Notes under the pieces: model-generated
What the model saw: the letters and a program-made list of their open reading frames with translations, nothing else
The model's database searches: none
What the model was told of the DNA's origin: nothing
In this document: positions 30,861 through 41,218 of the stretch, piece after piece
Numbering within the stretch: position 1 is the stretch's first letter
Layout: the number at the start of each line of letters is the position of its first letter
Origin: an uncultured Planctomycetia bacterium
GTDB taxonomy: Bacteria > Omnitrophota > Gorgyraeia > VGKH01 > JBHPFN01
Length of the DNA: 64,000 nt
Reading direction: 5' to 3'
Assembly: GCA_964406665.1 (NCBI GenBank)
Contig: CAYOSQ010000003.1
Span: forward strand, 102,641 to 166,640
Made by a program: the position numbers and the translations under genes

Positions 30861-32543
30861 ATGCAGAAGCTCTGGAAAATCGCAACCGCAAATCCCCTAC
30901 TGCAATCCAGATTAGCAAAAGCTTCAAATATCCACCCAATAATTTCTCAGGTTCTCTCCAACCGTGGGGTAAATACCATTAATGAAGCTGAAAATTTCTT
31001 AAAGGCGGATTTGTCTGCGCTGCACGATCCTTTTGACCTTGAGGATATGCATAAGGCAGTAGAAAGAATAAAGAAGGCCGCAGAAAAAAAAGAGAAGGTC
31101 ATAATAGTTTCAGATTATGATGTTGACGGCGTGACTTCCTGTGCTGTTCTGATATTGGCTCTGCGTAAACTTAATATAAAGCCATATCATCATATTCCTC
31201 ATCGAGTAAATGAGGGTTATGGGATAAGTGAAAAAGCAATAAATTATGCTAAAGAAAAAAAGGTATCTTTACTTATTAGCTTAGATTGTGGCATAGCTAA
31301 TTTTGAGGAATTAAAGCAATTAAAGAAACTTAACATAGATACAATTGTAGTTGATCATCATCGTCCCATAGAAGATAAGCTTCCCAGTGCATTCGCAATA
31401 ATTAATCCAAAAAAAAGTAGCTGCGGATATCCCTTTGAAGATTTGGCAAGTGTTGGGCTGGTGTATAAGCTTATCGAGGCATTATTTGAGAGAGGGCTTA
31501 AAGATCATCTCGATTTAGTTGCCTTAGGTACAGTTGCCGATGTAATGAGCTTGCAAGGTGAGAACAGGATTTTAGTTAAAGAAGGTTTAAAAGAAATTAA
31601 TACAACTAACCGCATTGGATTAAAGGCGTTAATCGATGTTTGTAAATTAAAAGGTAAAACAATTGTTCCTGGATTTATAGGATATATTTTAGGGCCACGC
31701 ATAAATGCAAGCGGAAGGATTGATTCAGCTGAAAAGGCATTAAAACTTCTTCTTAGCGAAGATGCTCAGGAAGCAGAAGAATTAGCTTCTCAGCTAAATA
31801 CATATAACCGTCAGCGTCAGAAAATCGAAAGTGATATATTAAAAGAGGCATTGAATTTAGTTGAAAGAGAAGTTAATTTCAAAGAACACTCTGTAATAGT
31901 CTTAAGTAGAAAAGGTTGGCATCATGGAGTTCTAGGAATAATAGCTTCCAAAATTTCAGATAAATTTTACCGCCCTACAATCATAATTTCTGTTGATGAG
32001 AAAGAAGGAAAGGGCTCTGCGCGCTCTATAGAAAAGTTTCATATATTTGATGCAATTTCTAAATGTGCTGATACTTTGCTTGGTTTCGGAGGGCATAAGT
32101 ACGCTGCCGGTATTACAGTGGAAGCGGATAAGATAGATATTTTTAGAGATGCTATTAATGAGGTTGCTAGAAATACACTATCTAAAGATGATCTATTTCC
32201 TGTTTTAAAAGTTGATGCTCAGGTTCCTTTAAGCATGCTTAATTTAAAAATTGCCTATTCAATAGAAGAGCTGGCTCCGTTTGGCATAGGTAATCCTAAA
32301 CCAGTATTTTGTTCTCGGAATATAAAAGTAAAATCTCAGCCTGTAATTCTTGGACGGGATACTATTAAGTTTTGGGTTACAGATGGAAAGTTGACTGCTC
32401 AGGTAATCGGATTTGGAATGGCAGATGTTTTAAATATAGTTGCAAATGCAAAACATGTAGATATAGCTTATTCAGTATCGGTAGATACTTGGCAAAGCGA
32501 TCCTCAGATTCAGTTGGAATTAAAAGATGTTAAGGCAAGCTAG
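30861..32543 (+). CDS. recJ: single-stranded-DNA-specific exonuclease RecJ
   Basis: DHH family motifs (VSDYDVDG, LDCGIA, VVDHH) plus a DHHA1 region (GGHKYAAG). Confidence 0.85.
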   Translation: MQKLWKIATANPLLQSRLAKASNIHPIISQVLSNRGVNTINEAENFLKADLSALHDPFDLEDMHKAVERIKKAAEKKEKVIIVSDYDVDGVTSCAVLILALRKLNIKPYHHIPHRVNEGYGISEKAINYAKEKKVSLLISLDCGIANFEELKQLKKLNIDTIVVDHHRPIEDKLPSAFAIINPKKSSCGYPFEDLASVGLVYKLIEALFERGLKDHLDLVALGTVADVMSLQGENRILVKEGLKEINTTNRIGLKALIDVCKLKGKTIVPGFIGYILGPRINASGRIDSAEKALKLLLSEDAQEAEELASQLNTYNRQRQKIESDILKEALNLVEREVNFKEHSVIVLSRKGWHHGVLGIIASKISDKFYRPTIIISVDEKEGKGSARSIEKFHIFDAISKCADTLLGFGGHKYAAGITVEADKIDIFRDAINEVARNTLSKDDLFPVLKVDAQVPLSMLNLKIAYSIEELAPFGIGNPKPVFCSRNIKVKSQPVILGRDTIKFWVTDGKLTAQVIGFGMADVLNIVANAKHVDIAYSVSVDTWQSDPQIQLELKDVKAS

Positions 32544-32767
32544 GCCTTTTTTATCTTACCGGCTTTAATACATTTGGTGCAGACTTTTATACTACGAACG
32601 GTTTTACCAATAATAACTCTGATCTTTTGAAGGTTAGGAAGGAAAACGCGTTTGTTAACGCGGGTAGTTTTACTTCCGGTACCGCCTTTTTTCTTAAGCA
32701 TACCTTTTCTTCTGATGCGTCTGCCGGCCATTGGTCCGACACCGCAGATTTCACATACTCTTGACAT
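32540..32767 (-). CDS. rpmB: 50S ribosomal protein L28
   Basis: MSRVCEICGVGPMAGRRIRRKGMLKKKGGTGSKTTRVNKRVFLPNLQ is a canonical L28. Confidence 0.85.
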   Translation of the reverse strand: MSRVCEICGVGPMAGRRIRRKGMLKKKGGTGSKTTRVNKRVFLPNLQKIRVIIGKTVRSIKVCTKCIKAGKIKKA

Positions 32768-32952
32768 TATTTACCTCATTTTTTCGTAAGTTGTTTTTCA
32801 AATAGAATAAAAGCATTTTACTCGAAAATTTAGTTTTGTCAAGATTTTTATGGACTGTTTATCTAAAGTATTGTATGCTATGGAGTAAGAGTAATAGCCT
32901 GAAAATATAACAAAAATAGATTAGTTTAGTTTCAAAAATTCATGGAGGAGAA

Positions 32953-33333
32953 ATGGCAGAGAAAATTTTAGTCGTTGATGATGATACTAATTCAATCCAG
33001 GTAGCAGAGTCTACTTTAAAAGGTGCGGGTTATGAGGTAGTAACTATGCAGGATCCCAAGTTTGTATTTAAGGCAATAAAAATGGAAAATCCTGACCTTA
33101 TCATTTCAGATATTATCATGCCTCATAGAGATGGTTATGCACTTTGTAAAGAGGTTAAGGAATTATATGGAGATAGGATACCTGTTTTGCTTTGTACTTC
33201 AAAATCTTACGAAGAAGATTTAATCGAAACGGCCTACAAAGAATTTGGAGCAGAAGATTATATAATAAAACCTTTTAATACTGACGAGTTGCTTGAGAAG
33301 GTAGAGGCGCTTCTTAAGGAAAAAAAGGATTAA
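32953..33333 (+). CDS. stand-alone response-regulator receiver (CheY-like) protein
   Basis: KILVVDDD, phospho-acceptor D in IISDIIMP, and T/K positions conserved; no output domain. Confidence 0.75.
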   Translation: MAEKILVVDDDTNSIQVAESTLKGAGYEVVTMQDPKFVFKAIKMENPDLIISDIIMPHRDGYALCKEVKELYGDRIPVLLCTSKSYEEDLIETAYKEFGAEDYIIKPFNTDELLEKVEALLKEKKD

Positions 33334-33369
33334 TTTTTTAGCCTGAAACAAACCCAAGGGAGGGAATGC

Positions 33370-33735
33370 ATGCTGATATTAGCTAAATTAATCGGAATAA
33401 TGATAATAAGTTTAGGAATAGCTGCATCCTTAAAGCCGGAATTACTAAAACAGTTTATTGCCTTCTGGACAAAAGAAAAGAGACTTTATTTAGCAGGAAT
33501 TTTAAGGATTGCTTTCGGTTTTATTATTCTAATGGCTGCTCCTGAAGCCAAACTATTTTGGGTAGTTGTGTTATTTGGTTTGATATGTCTGGCGAAAGGA
33601 GTATTGATTTTTGTCTTTAAGCCTGCAAAGATTAAGTCTTTGCTTAAATGGTGGTCAGATAAACCAGCTGAAACTATTCGCTTTCTTTCCTTTGCAGCTA
33701 TTGCGATAGGGATTTTATTTCTGCTTTCTCTCTGA
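33370..33735 (+). CDS. small hypothetical membrane protein
   Basis: Four predicted TM segments; no domain. Confidence 0.35.
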   Translation: MLILAKLIGIMIISLGIAASLKPELLKQFIAFWTKEKRLYLAGILRIAFGFIILMAAPEAKLFWVVVLFGLICLAKGVLIFVFKPAKIKSLLKWWSDKPAETIRFLSFAAIAIGILFLLSL

Positions 33736-33771
33736 TTGTTAAGAGAGCAGTAGAAGCAAATTAAATAATTT

Positions 33772-34563
33772 ATGAAAAAAGATAGAAAGACCTATCTTGA
33801 CATTGCAATTTTAGCTGCTAAAAGGGCAGGTAAGGTACATAGAAAGTATTTCGAAAAGAAATTCAGAATAACCACCAAGGGTAAACCGTTTGATCTTCTT
33901 ACCACAGCTGATATTCAAGCTGAGAAAATAATAATTGATACAATAAAGCGCAGTTTTCCTGAGCATAACTTTCTCGCCGAAGAAAATCATTACAAAAAAA
34001 CATCATCCGAATATACATGGATTATAGATCCACTGGATGGAACTAATAATTTTTCTTCCGGTATGCCAATTTTTTGTTCATCGGTTGCACTGTCTAAAGG
34101 TAAAGAGGTAATTTTAGGTGCCATTTATGATGTTAGCAAAGATGAGCTTTTCTGTGCGGTTAAAGGAAAAGGATCTTACTTAAACGGTAAACGTATAAGA
34201 GTAGCGCGTTCTAAGAACTTGAAAGAGTCGCTGTTGATTACCGGTTTTTATTATGACCGGGGAAAAGACATGCGCGAGACATTAAACAAAATAGAAATAT
34301 TCTTTAAAAAACCCATAAGAGGATTAAGAAGGTTGGGCGCTGCAGCGCTCGATCTTTGTTATATTGCCTGTGGGCGCGCAGCTGGTTTCTGGGAGTTTAA
34401 ATTAAGCCCCTGGGATTTCGCAGCCGGGAATCTATTAGTTAAAGAAGCAGGCGGGGAGGTAACTGATCGTTTTGGAAAAAAAGTTCCACTGGAATCTTCT
34501 TTTGTAGTGGCTTCAAATGGAAAAATTCATTCTGCCATGCTTTCTGTGCTTAGAAAGCATTGA
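33772..34563 (+). CDS. inositol monophosphatase family protein (SuhB-like)
   Basis: LAEEN, WIIDPLDGTNNF and WDFAAG motifs. Confidence 0.8.
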   Translation: MKKDRKTYLDIAILAAKRAGKVHRKYFEKKFRITTKGKPFDLLTTADIQAEKIIIDTIKRSFPEHNFLAEENHYKKTSSEYTWIIDPLDGTNNFSSGMPIFCSSVALSKGKEVILGAIYDVSKDELFCAVKGKGSYLNGKRIRVARSKNLKESLLITGFYYDRGKDMRETLNKIEIFFKKPIRGLRRLGAAALDLCYIACGRAAGFWEFKLSPWDFAAGNLLVKEAGGEVTDRFGKKVPLESSFVVASNGKIHSAMLSVLRKH

Positions 34564-35003
34564 GAGGTTTTGGAGGAGATATGAAAAAACTCATAATATT
34601 AATTTGCCTTTTAATTTTCATAATTTGTACACAAGTATTCGCTCAAAGCTATATACATGTAAAACCAAGCCCTGATGTTGATAGGTTACTAGAAATGACT
34701 CGGGAGATATCATTTTTGTTGTCTGATTGTTTAATGGGGGGCATGAATCATGACGATGATTATGTTTTTTCCGGAAAACAAAAAAAGTTAAAGGACAAAC
34801 AGCGGGAATGCGCCTGTGCCAATAAAGAAGAAGTAAAGAAAATACTTAAAGGACTCAACATAATACTTGCCCGTCATCCTAAATGGAAGGGGAAAGTTTT
34901 ATTTGTTGCAGGAGAAGATGTGGGCCCAAAAAACACTCCTATACAGGTATCAGTAAGAAATCTTCAGGATAATAAGAGATTGATAGGTAATTGTCCTAAA
35001 TAG
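34560..35003 (+). CDS. hypothetical secreted protein
   Basis: N-terminal signal peptide; several Cys; no domain. Confidence 0.35.
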   Translation: MRGFGGDMKKLIILICLLIFIICTQVFAQSYIHVKPSPDVDRLLEMTREISFLLSDCLMGGMNHDDDYVFSGKQKKLKDKQRECACANKEEVKKILKGLNIILARHPKWKGKVLFVAGEDVGPKNTPIQVSVRNLQDNKRLIGNCPK

Positions 35004-35011
35004 AGAAAAAT

Positions 35012-35353
35012 ATGGAAGATAAAATTATCATGGTAATATTATGGCTTGGAGGTTCTTTAATTATGTTGTTTCTTTCTATCCCGCTTATTATGAGAATGGT
35101 TCCACCAAATCTTCTCTACGGATTTAGGACAAAAAAGACATTATCAAATAAGGACATATGGTATCAGGCAAATAAATTCTCCGGTAAAGGCTTGCTGGTA
35201 ATAAGTTTATTTGGTTTAGTTGGTTCTTTGGTTTTATTTTTAGTCAGAGATAATTTATCTTTGGATTTAATGAGCTGGATTGCAGCAGTAGGTATTCTCT
35301 TGCCGCTTTGGATTGTTTTTATTTTAAGCTCCAGATATGTTAAGAAAATCTGA
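35012..35353 (+). CDS. small hypothetical membrane protein
   Basis: Three or four TM helices. Confidence 0.35.
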   Translation: MEDKIIMVILWLGGSLIMLFLSIPLIMRMVPPNLLYGFRTKKTLSNKDIWYQANKFSGKGLLVISLFGLVGSLVLFLVRDNLSLDLMSWIAAVGILLPLWIVFILSSRYVKKI

Positions 35354-35422
35354 ATTACTACGTTTGGGCTAACCGACCAAAATAAAAACTTTTGTTTTAA
35401 TTTAAGGAGGTTAAGAAGTTCG

Positions 35423-35776
35423 ATGGATAAAAGAAAATCAGTTAGATGTAATAAAGAATTTAGCGTCTCCTATAAAGTTCACCAGGGTGGTGATTTTACA
35501 GAAACAGTTTGCCTGGTAAAGGACTGTAGCTTAGAAGGCATGAAGCTTTCAACTACTCAGTGGTTAAACCCTAAAGCAGTTTTAGAGTTTATTATTACAA
35601 AACCATTAGGAAAAGATCAAATTACAGTACTTGGTAAAGTCATAGATTGTGAAAGGGATAAAGAAAAAGGTCTGTATTCATCCAGAGTTTCTTTTATTCA
35701 ACTGGATGAAAAAACAAAAGACAAGCTGGCTGATACATTAGAGGAAATCCGCTGGTATAAAAAGAAGAATTTTTAG
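35423..35776 (+). CDS. PilZ-domain protein (putative c-di-GMP receptor)
   Basis: RKSVR (RxxxR) near the N-terminus and DCSLEG (DxSxxG) about 30 residues later. Confidence 0.55.
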   Translation: MDKRKSVRCNKEFSVSYKVHQGGDFTETVCLVKDCSLEGMKLSTTQWLNPKAVLEFIITKPLGKDQITVLGKVIDCERDKEKGLYSSRVSFIQLDEKTKDKLADTLEEIRWYKKKNF

Positions 35777-35793
35777 TTAAAAGGAGGTACACT

Positions 35794-36198
35794 GTGAAAA
35801 AAAATGTAGTTCAGAAGTTCATGAGGACAATTGTAGCAGCATCGTTTCTTGTAGTTGCCGGTTCTATTTTTTATTTTTATGTTATTTTTCTACCTCGTTT
35901 AAACAGAGAGACTTTGAAGATGCAGCATGAGCTTGCAGAAACTCGCCTAGTGCAGGATAAGGCGTTTTTCTTAGAAATGTTTGAGCATAAAAGAAAAATA
36001 TTAAATACTTGTTTAGATGATGCCTACGCAGATTATAAATTAGAGTTGCAAAATAGTTGTTATAATTTAGGTGAGTCAAAAGAATGTGTTTTACCAAATG
36101 ATATCTTAAGTAGCTCTAATGTAAAATATCAGAGTGCAAAAGATAGATGTTATGAGAGATTTCCTTTAGATTTACCAGAAGAGAAACTTCCTGAATAA
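35794..36198 (+). CDS. hypothetical membrane-anchored protein
   Basis: N-terminal TM helix; no domain. Confidence 0.3.
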   Translation: MKKNVVQKFMRTIVAASFLVVAGSIFYFYVIFLPRLNRETLKMQHELAETRLVQDKAFFLEMFEHKRKILNTCLDDAYADYKLELQNSCYNLGESKECVLPNDILSSSNVKYQSAKDRCYERFPLDLPEEKLPE

Positions 36199-36212
36199 GT
36201 AAGAATTGATAT

Positions 36213-36866
36213 TTGTTATTGAATAATAAAGTTATGATAAAAAGTATATTCTTGATAGCTTTGGCCTGTTTAGTTATTCTTGCTCTGGTTTATATGCCCC
36301 CACTTTTTAAATCTATTTATAAGCTGACAACCAGAGAAGAACCGAAAATCTCAGCTGATATAAAGCGGCAAGCATTAGATATCGCAAAAGAAACAGATGT
36401 AGTTAAGTCTTTTTTGGTGCATTATGGTTCTTGTGATGATTGTAATCCCAAATTTTTTAAAGGTAGAGATAACCTTATCGGTTGTGTAGAATATAACTTT
36501 ATTGATCCAAAGAAATATATTTTTACACAAGAGTTTGATAATCCTGTGGTAATTAAGTTTAGAGTAAGTGAAGCATGCAGATTTCGCTATCCAGGAATTC
36601 CAAGTTTGGAAAGCTCTTTTAAGTTTTATAACGGTATAATTGTTGCAGTTGATGTCCAAAAGCGAGAGCTTCTCGCTCAACATCCCAAAAATACACGCTT
36701 AATAGAAGATCAGAATTATTGTGTTGATGGTTGTGCATGTTTAGCGGGTAGCGGGATGCCGTTTGTAGGCTGTGCAAATTATGTTCATGCTCCGTTTGTA
36801 TCTGCCGGTGGTAGCTATATGTGTGATAGTTGTGAATGCGTAGATAACGTTTGTACAAAGAAATAA
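36213..36866 (+). CDS. hypothetical secreted cysteine-rich protein
   Basis: Signal anchor; the C-terminal region has at least 12 Cys (CVDGCACLAGSG...CDSCECVDNVC). Confidence 0.4.
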   Translation: MLLNNKVMIKSIFLIALACLVILALVYMPPLFKSIYKLTTREEPKISADIKRQALDIAKETDVVKSFLVHYGSCDDCNPKFFKGRDNLIGCVEYNFIDPKKYIFTQEFDNPVVIKFRVSEACRFRYPGIPSLESSFKFYNGIIVAVDVQKRELLAQHPKNTRLIEDQNYCVDGCACLAGSGMPFVGCANYVHAPFVSAGGSYMCDSCECVDNVCTKK

Positions 36867-37085
36867 TTCATTATATGGGAAAAAAAATTAAAGAAATAGT
36901 TTGGCATAAGAAAAAAAGCAAAATGCTTTCTTCGAAGTATTTGAAGGAAACAAAAAGCAATTTGCCAACTTCTAATAAAAGTAGACATCCTACATTAGAA
37001 AATAATAGCAGAGCTAAAGATTACGCATGTAAATTTACTGAAGCAATAAAAAAAGCTACAAAATAATTTTGGAAAGGAAGATAAG

Positions 37086-39347
37086 ATGTTTCGAAGAAAA
37101 AAGACAACTTTTTTATGTTTAAAGTTCTTTTCTTGTTTAATAGTTTTTGTATTTTTATGTGGCTGTGGTTGCGGCAAAGAAAAGGAAGTTGAAAAACCCT
37201 CAGCAGTTGATTTGGTAAAAGCGGATTTCCAAAAGGGTAAGCTGGATTATGAAACATCTCTGCTGTATCAGATTTACGCAGTTTATGAGGATTCTAAGCT
37301 TCCCAAAAAATACCGCTCTAAGGAGCCAACGCGTGCAGGCGATAGAATATTTAATGAATTGATGCGCAACTGGAAAGATTTTTCTCCAGAGAATAAGAAA
37401 AGGTTTGAGCCGTTTATGGTGAATCCGTTAGATGAGAAAAGTTATTATCGTCAGTCAGCCAAAAATGAATCATCTTTTGTAAAAGAAGCTTATGCTGCTG
37501 GGCCTTCTCTTGCCGGATTGAATTCTCTTACCACAAATAACAATAAAGTAAAGATCTGGTATCGTGCGGGAGAAGAACAGCAGGCAGCTTGGGTTTTGGA
37601 GGCGTTTGATGACGATAACATATACGAAAGGGAAATTGCCTTAATGGGCAAAACTCCGATTTCTGATAACGGAGGTTTTGGAGATGATGCAAAGCTGGAT
37701 ATATTTTTTAAAAGCATGAGCGATATGGGTGTCTGTCACGGAGCAGCGACCTCGACCCAAAAAACATCTGCGTATATAGAGCTAAATAAGACGATGTCCA
37801 AAAAGGAGATGAAGTCTACCGCAGCCCATGAGCTTTTTCATGCAATCCAATATGCATTTGATTGTTTTGAGAAAACCTGGTGGCAGGAGCAAACTGCTAC
37901 CTGGTGTGAGGATTATATCTATCCAACTTATGACACTGAACAGGTTTATTTGAGATTATATTTTAGAAATTATAAGATGAGGGAAAGTTTAACTAAACAA
38001 GATGATTATCACGAATATGGTTCTTATGTCTGGGCGTTGTATCTTTCCCAAAAACACGGAGATTCAATGATTAAAAAGGTTTGGGATGCCTGTGAACCAC
38101 AAGCGGTGGGTGCAATAAAAGCACTAAAAACCACGGTACCTGGTGGCTTAGAGGAAGCATTTAAAGAATTTTCATCCTGGGTCTACAATAAAGAACCGGT
38201 TAAGAAATTCAAAGATAAATCAGGAAGCTATTTGCAGATAGAGCCTTCAAGAAAAAATGTCAGGGTACGCTTGGAGCCAGGCCTGCATGTGTTAACGGAT
38301 ATTGAACATCTGGCTTTAACAATTGAAAGATATTGGATAAAGCCGCAGGATAAAACCCGTATGCGCTCTGTTGAGTTTGACCTAAATACTATCCGCAACA
38401 ATTATCCTGATTTAGCTGTTTGGGCTATTGTTAAAATTGTTAATGAGGATGCTGAGCTTGAAGATTGGACACCAGTAAGTTTTAAGAATTTCTGCTTTGA
38501 TTTACCCGAAGAAGATCTAGAAGAGATTGTTTTTATTTTCAGCAACACTCATTCCGTTAACAAAAAGACTTCAGTTAATGATATCATTTATGAGCCCAGA
38601 GAATATGGTTGTAAGGCAAAGATTGATTTAACCTGGACTATTCTTAGTTCCTGGGCTGGAGATTGGAGTCATGAGTATAAAGATAGCGATGTTATGCCAG
38701 CATCTATGACTGGTAAAATCAATTTTTCAGAAAGTGGGCAGGTAAATGCTAACTTTTTAGAGATGATTATTGATCCGGATGATCCGGATGATCCCGAAAG
38801 CGGAAAACAGCTTGTTCCGTCTGGTTCATTTTCTTTGCAGCAGAAAACTGTCAGTCAGGGTACTTGGGCACCTACGCTGGACCATGCAATAGGGGGATCA
38901 AATACAATTTTTTGTAATGCTTCTGATTCCTGGGATAAAAATAATGAAAGTAAAAATAAATATGCAAAGTTATATCTTAAAATTACCGGGCCAGAGAAAC
39001 AATCTGAAAATGTTTCAGAGGAGGATTTAAATATGCTTCCCTCCAGTATGCAGCAGCAGATGAGGCAGCTTATGGATTTAGCAAATAATATGGAGAGTCA
39101 GCTGGAATCTTATGGTATGATAAACGAGCCAAAAGAAGGCGAATTAAAATATGATCTCAGGATTTATTTTGATTGGCTACCGGCAACGGAATCTTTAAGC
39201 CCAGAGCCCAGTAAAATTAAACCAGAGCCTATTGAGCTAGAAGGTATTTTTGACGAAGAAGAAAGAAATATAGCGCTTGATAAAACTATTAATATAAACG
39301 GAGGCACTGCGCGCCTGCAGGGAATATTAAGGCTCAGCGGGCAGTAG
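37086..39347 (+). CDS. large secreted lipoprotein with HExxH zinc-metalloprotease motif
   Basis: Lipobox-like CGCGCGK after a signal peptide; AAHELFHAIQY (HExxH); 753 aa; a PDDPDDPE linker. Confidence 0.55.
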   Translation: MFRRKKTTFLCLKFFSCLIVFVFLCGCGCGKEKEVEKPSAVDLVKADFQKGKLDYETSLLYQIYAVYEDSKLPKKYRSKEPTRAGDRIFNELMRNWKDFSPENKKRFEPFMVNPLDEKSYYRQSAKNESSFVKEAYAAGPSLAGLNSLTTNNNKVKIWYRAGEEQQAAWVLEAFDDDNIYEREIALMGKTPISDNGGFGDDAKLDIFFKSMSDMGVCHGAATSTQKTSAYIELNKTMSKKEMKSTAAHELFHAIQYAFDCFEKTWWQEQTATWCEDYIYPTYDTEQVYLRLYFRNYKMRESLTKQDDYHEYGSYVWALYLSQKHGDSMIKKVWDACEPQAVGAIKALKTTVPGGLEEAFKEFSSWVYNKEPVKKFKDKSGSYLQIEPSRKNVRVRLEPGLHVLTDIEHLALTIERYWIKPQDKTRMRSVEFDLNTIRNNYPDLAVWAIVKIVNEDAELEDWTPVSFKNFCFDLPEEDLEEIVFIFSNTHSVNKKTSVNDIIYEPREYGCKAKIDLTWTILSSWAGDWSHEYKDSDVMPASMTGKINFSESGQVNANFLEMIIDPDDPDDPESGKQLVPSGSFSLQQKTVSQGTWAPTLDHAIGGSNTIFCNASDSWDKNNESKNKYAKLYLKITGPEKQSENVSEEDLNMLPSSMQQQMRQLMDLANNMESQLESYGMINEPKEGELKYDLRIYFDWLPATESLSPEPSKIKPEPIELEGIFDEEERNIALDKTININGGTARLQGILRLSGQ

Positions 39348-39374
39348 AGCATTTTCTTAAAAAGGAGTAGTTGA

Positions 39375-41204
39375 TTGAAATTCAAAAGAGAGCTTAATTT
39401 AATAGATGTTTTCTGTATTGCAACCGGAGCAATGATAAGCTCAGGTTTATTTATATTGCCTGGGCTTGCGCATGCTCAGGCAGGTCCGGCTGTTGTTTTT
39501 TCTTACTTTTTTGCCGGGTTATTGGCTTTAACCGGGATGCTTTCTCAGGCTGAATTAGTTTCTGCAATGCCTAAAACAGGAGGTGACTATTTTTATGTTA
39601 CCCGTAGTATGGGTCCGGCAGCAGGTACAATAGATGGTTTGATTATCTGGTTTTCTTTGTCTTTAAAAACCGCATTTGCATTAGTTGGTATGGCTGCCTT
39701 TACAAAGATATTGGTAGTCATGGATATCCACGCTATAGCAGTGATTCTTTGTTTTATTTTTGTTCTAGTTAATATTATTGGAGTAAAAGAAGTTGCCAAA
39801 TTACAGCGTTTGCTGGTTTTTGGTCTTTTGTGCATTTTAACTTTTTATGTAGTGATGGGACTTGGCTCTGTTAAAGTTAGCAACTTCGATCCATTCTTTA
39901 CAAAAGGAATTCCTGCGGTATTTGCTACGGCCGGATTTGTTTTTGTTTCTTTTGGTGGATTGTTAAAAGTTACCAGCGTTGCCGAAGAGGTAAAAAATCC
40001 TGATAAAATAATTCCTTTAGGTATGATTTTATCACTTTTTGTGGTAACTATTTTTTACTCGCTTGTTGTATTTGTAACTTCCGGAGTTTTAGGGGCAGGG
40101 CAACTAGATTATTCAATGACTCCTATTTCTGATGCGGCAGGTGTATTTTTAGGTGATAAAGGAGTTTTGCTATTAAGCATAGCTGCTATACTGGCTTTTG
40201 TATCAACTGCTAATGCCGGTATCTTGGCCGCTGCCAGATATCCTGCTGCGTTAGCCCACGATGGATTATTGCCAGATTTCTTTGGTGTTGTTCATAAAAG
40301 ATACAAGACTCCCTATATTGCAATTATTATTACCGGAGCCTGTATAGGTCTTGCTTTATTCTTCGATTTAACGATTTTGGTTAAAATGGCATCAACCGTT
40401 TTAATCTGTACATTTATGTTTTCCTGTCTGGCAATCATCATCATGCATGAGAGTAAAGTCCAGAATTACCAGCCAAAGTTTCGGTCTCCGTTTTATCCCT
40501 GGGTGCAGATCTTAGGAATCATTGGCTGTGGTTTGCTTATTTTCGAGATGGGAAAGCAGTCGATAATAGCATTCTTTGTTTTTATTATCACCGGGCTTTT
40601 TATTCACTGGTTCTATGGAAGGATTAAAGTAACAAAAGAATATGCCCTTTTGCACCTTATTGAAAGGATAACAGCCAAGGAATTGACCACTCATTCATTG
40701 GAAACTGAGCTAAAAGAAATTATCCGTGAGAGAGACGATATTATTAAGGATAGGTTTGATTCGATAATTGAAAAGAGTTTGGTTTTAGATATTGATCAAC
40801 CTATGGAACGGGATGATTTCTTTAAACTGATATCTAAAACCTTATCTAGAAGGTTAAAAATTCCACAGAATATTCTTTATGAGCTTGTTGTTGCAAGAGA
40901 GGATGAGACTAGCACGGTTATTGCCCCGGGTATTGCCATACCCCATATTGTTATTGAGGGTGAGAAGTTGTTTGATATTCTCTTAGTTAGATGCAAGAAG
41001 GGAATCAAATTCTCAGAATCTACAAAGAGAATCCAGGCAGTTTTTGTTCTTGTGGGATCAAGGGATGAGAGGAATTTTCATTTGCGCGCTTTAGCAGCGA
41101 TTGCTCAGATATTGCAGAGCTTGAATTTTATGAAAAAATGGTTATCGGCAAAAAATGAGAAGGTTTTGAAGGATATAATACTATTAGCAAAGAGGGTGCG
41201 TTAA
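39375..41204 (+). CDS. APC-family amino-acid permease fused to C-terminal PTS EIIA(Ntr/Fru)-type regulatory domain
   Basis: About 12 TM helices with APC motifs, then a roughly 150 aa cytoplasmic domain containing GIAIPH (the EIIA-2 phosphorylation-site His motif). Confidence 0.75.
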   Translation: MKFKRELNLIDVFCIATGAMISSGLFILPGLAHAQAGPAVVFSYFFAGLLALTGMLSQAELVSAMPKTGGDYFYVTRSMGPAAGTIDGLIIWFSLSLKTAFALVGMAAFTKILVVMDIHAIAVILCFIFVLVNIIGVKEVAKLQRLLVFGLLCILTFYVVMGLGSVKVSNFDPFFTKGIPAVFATAGFVFVSFGGLLKVTSVAEEVKNPDKIIPLGMILSLFVVTIFYSLVVFVTSGVLGAGQLDYSMTPISDAAGVFLGDKGVLLLSIAAILAFVSTANAGILAAARYPAALAHDGLLPDFFGVVHKRYKTPYIAIIITGACIGLALFFDLTILVKMASTVLICTFMFSCLAIIIMHESKVQNYQPKFRSPFYPWVQILGIIGCGLLIFEMGKQSIIAFFVFIITGLFIHWFYGRIKVTKEYALLHLIERITAKELTTHSLETELKEIIRERDDIIKDRFDSIIEKSLVLDIDQPMERDDFFKLISKTLSRRLKIPQNILYELVVAREDETSTVIAPGIAIPHIVIEGEKLFDILLVRCKKGIKFSESTKRIQAVFVLVGSRDERNFHLRALAAIAQILQSLNFMKKWLSAKNEKVLKDIILLAKRVR

Positions 41205-41218
41205 ACAGGGAGGGAAGA

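Noticed and set aside
36851-37066. 71 aa + strand ORF between the cysteine-rich protein and the HExxH lipoprotein
   Set aside because: It has no ribosome-binding site and a lysine-rich low-complexity sequence from an A-rich spacer, and it overlaps the previous gene's end. It is probably non-coding.
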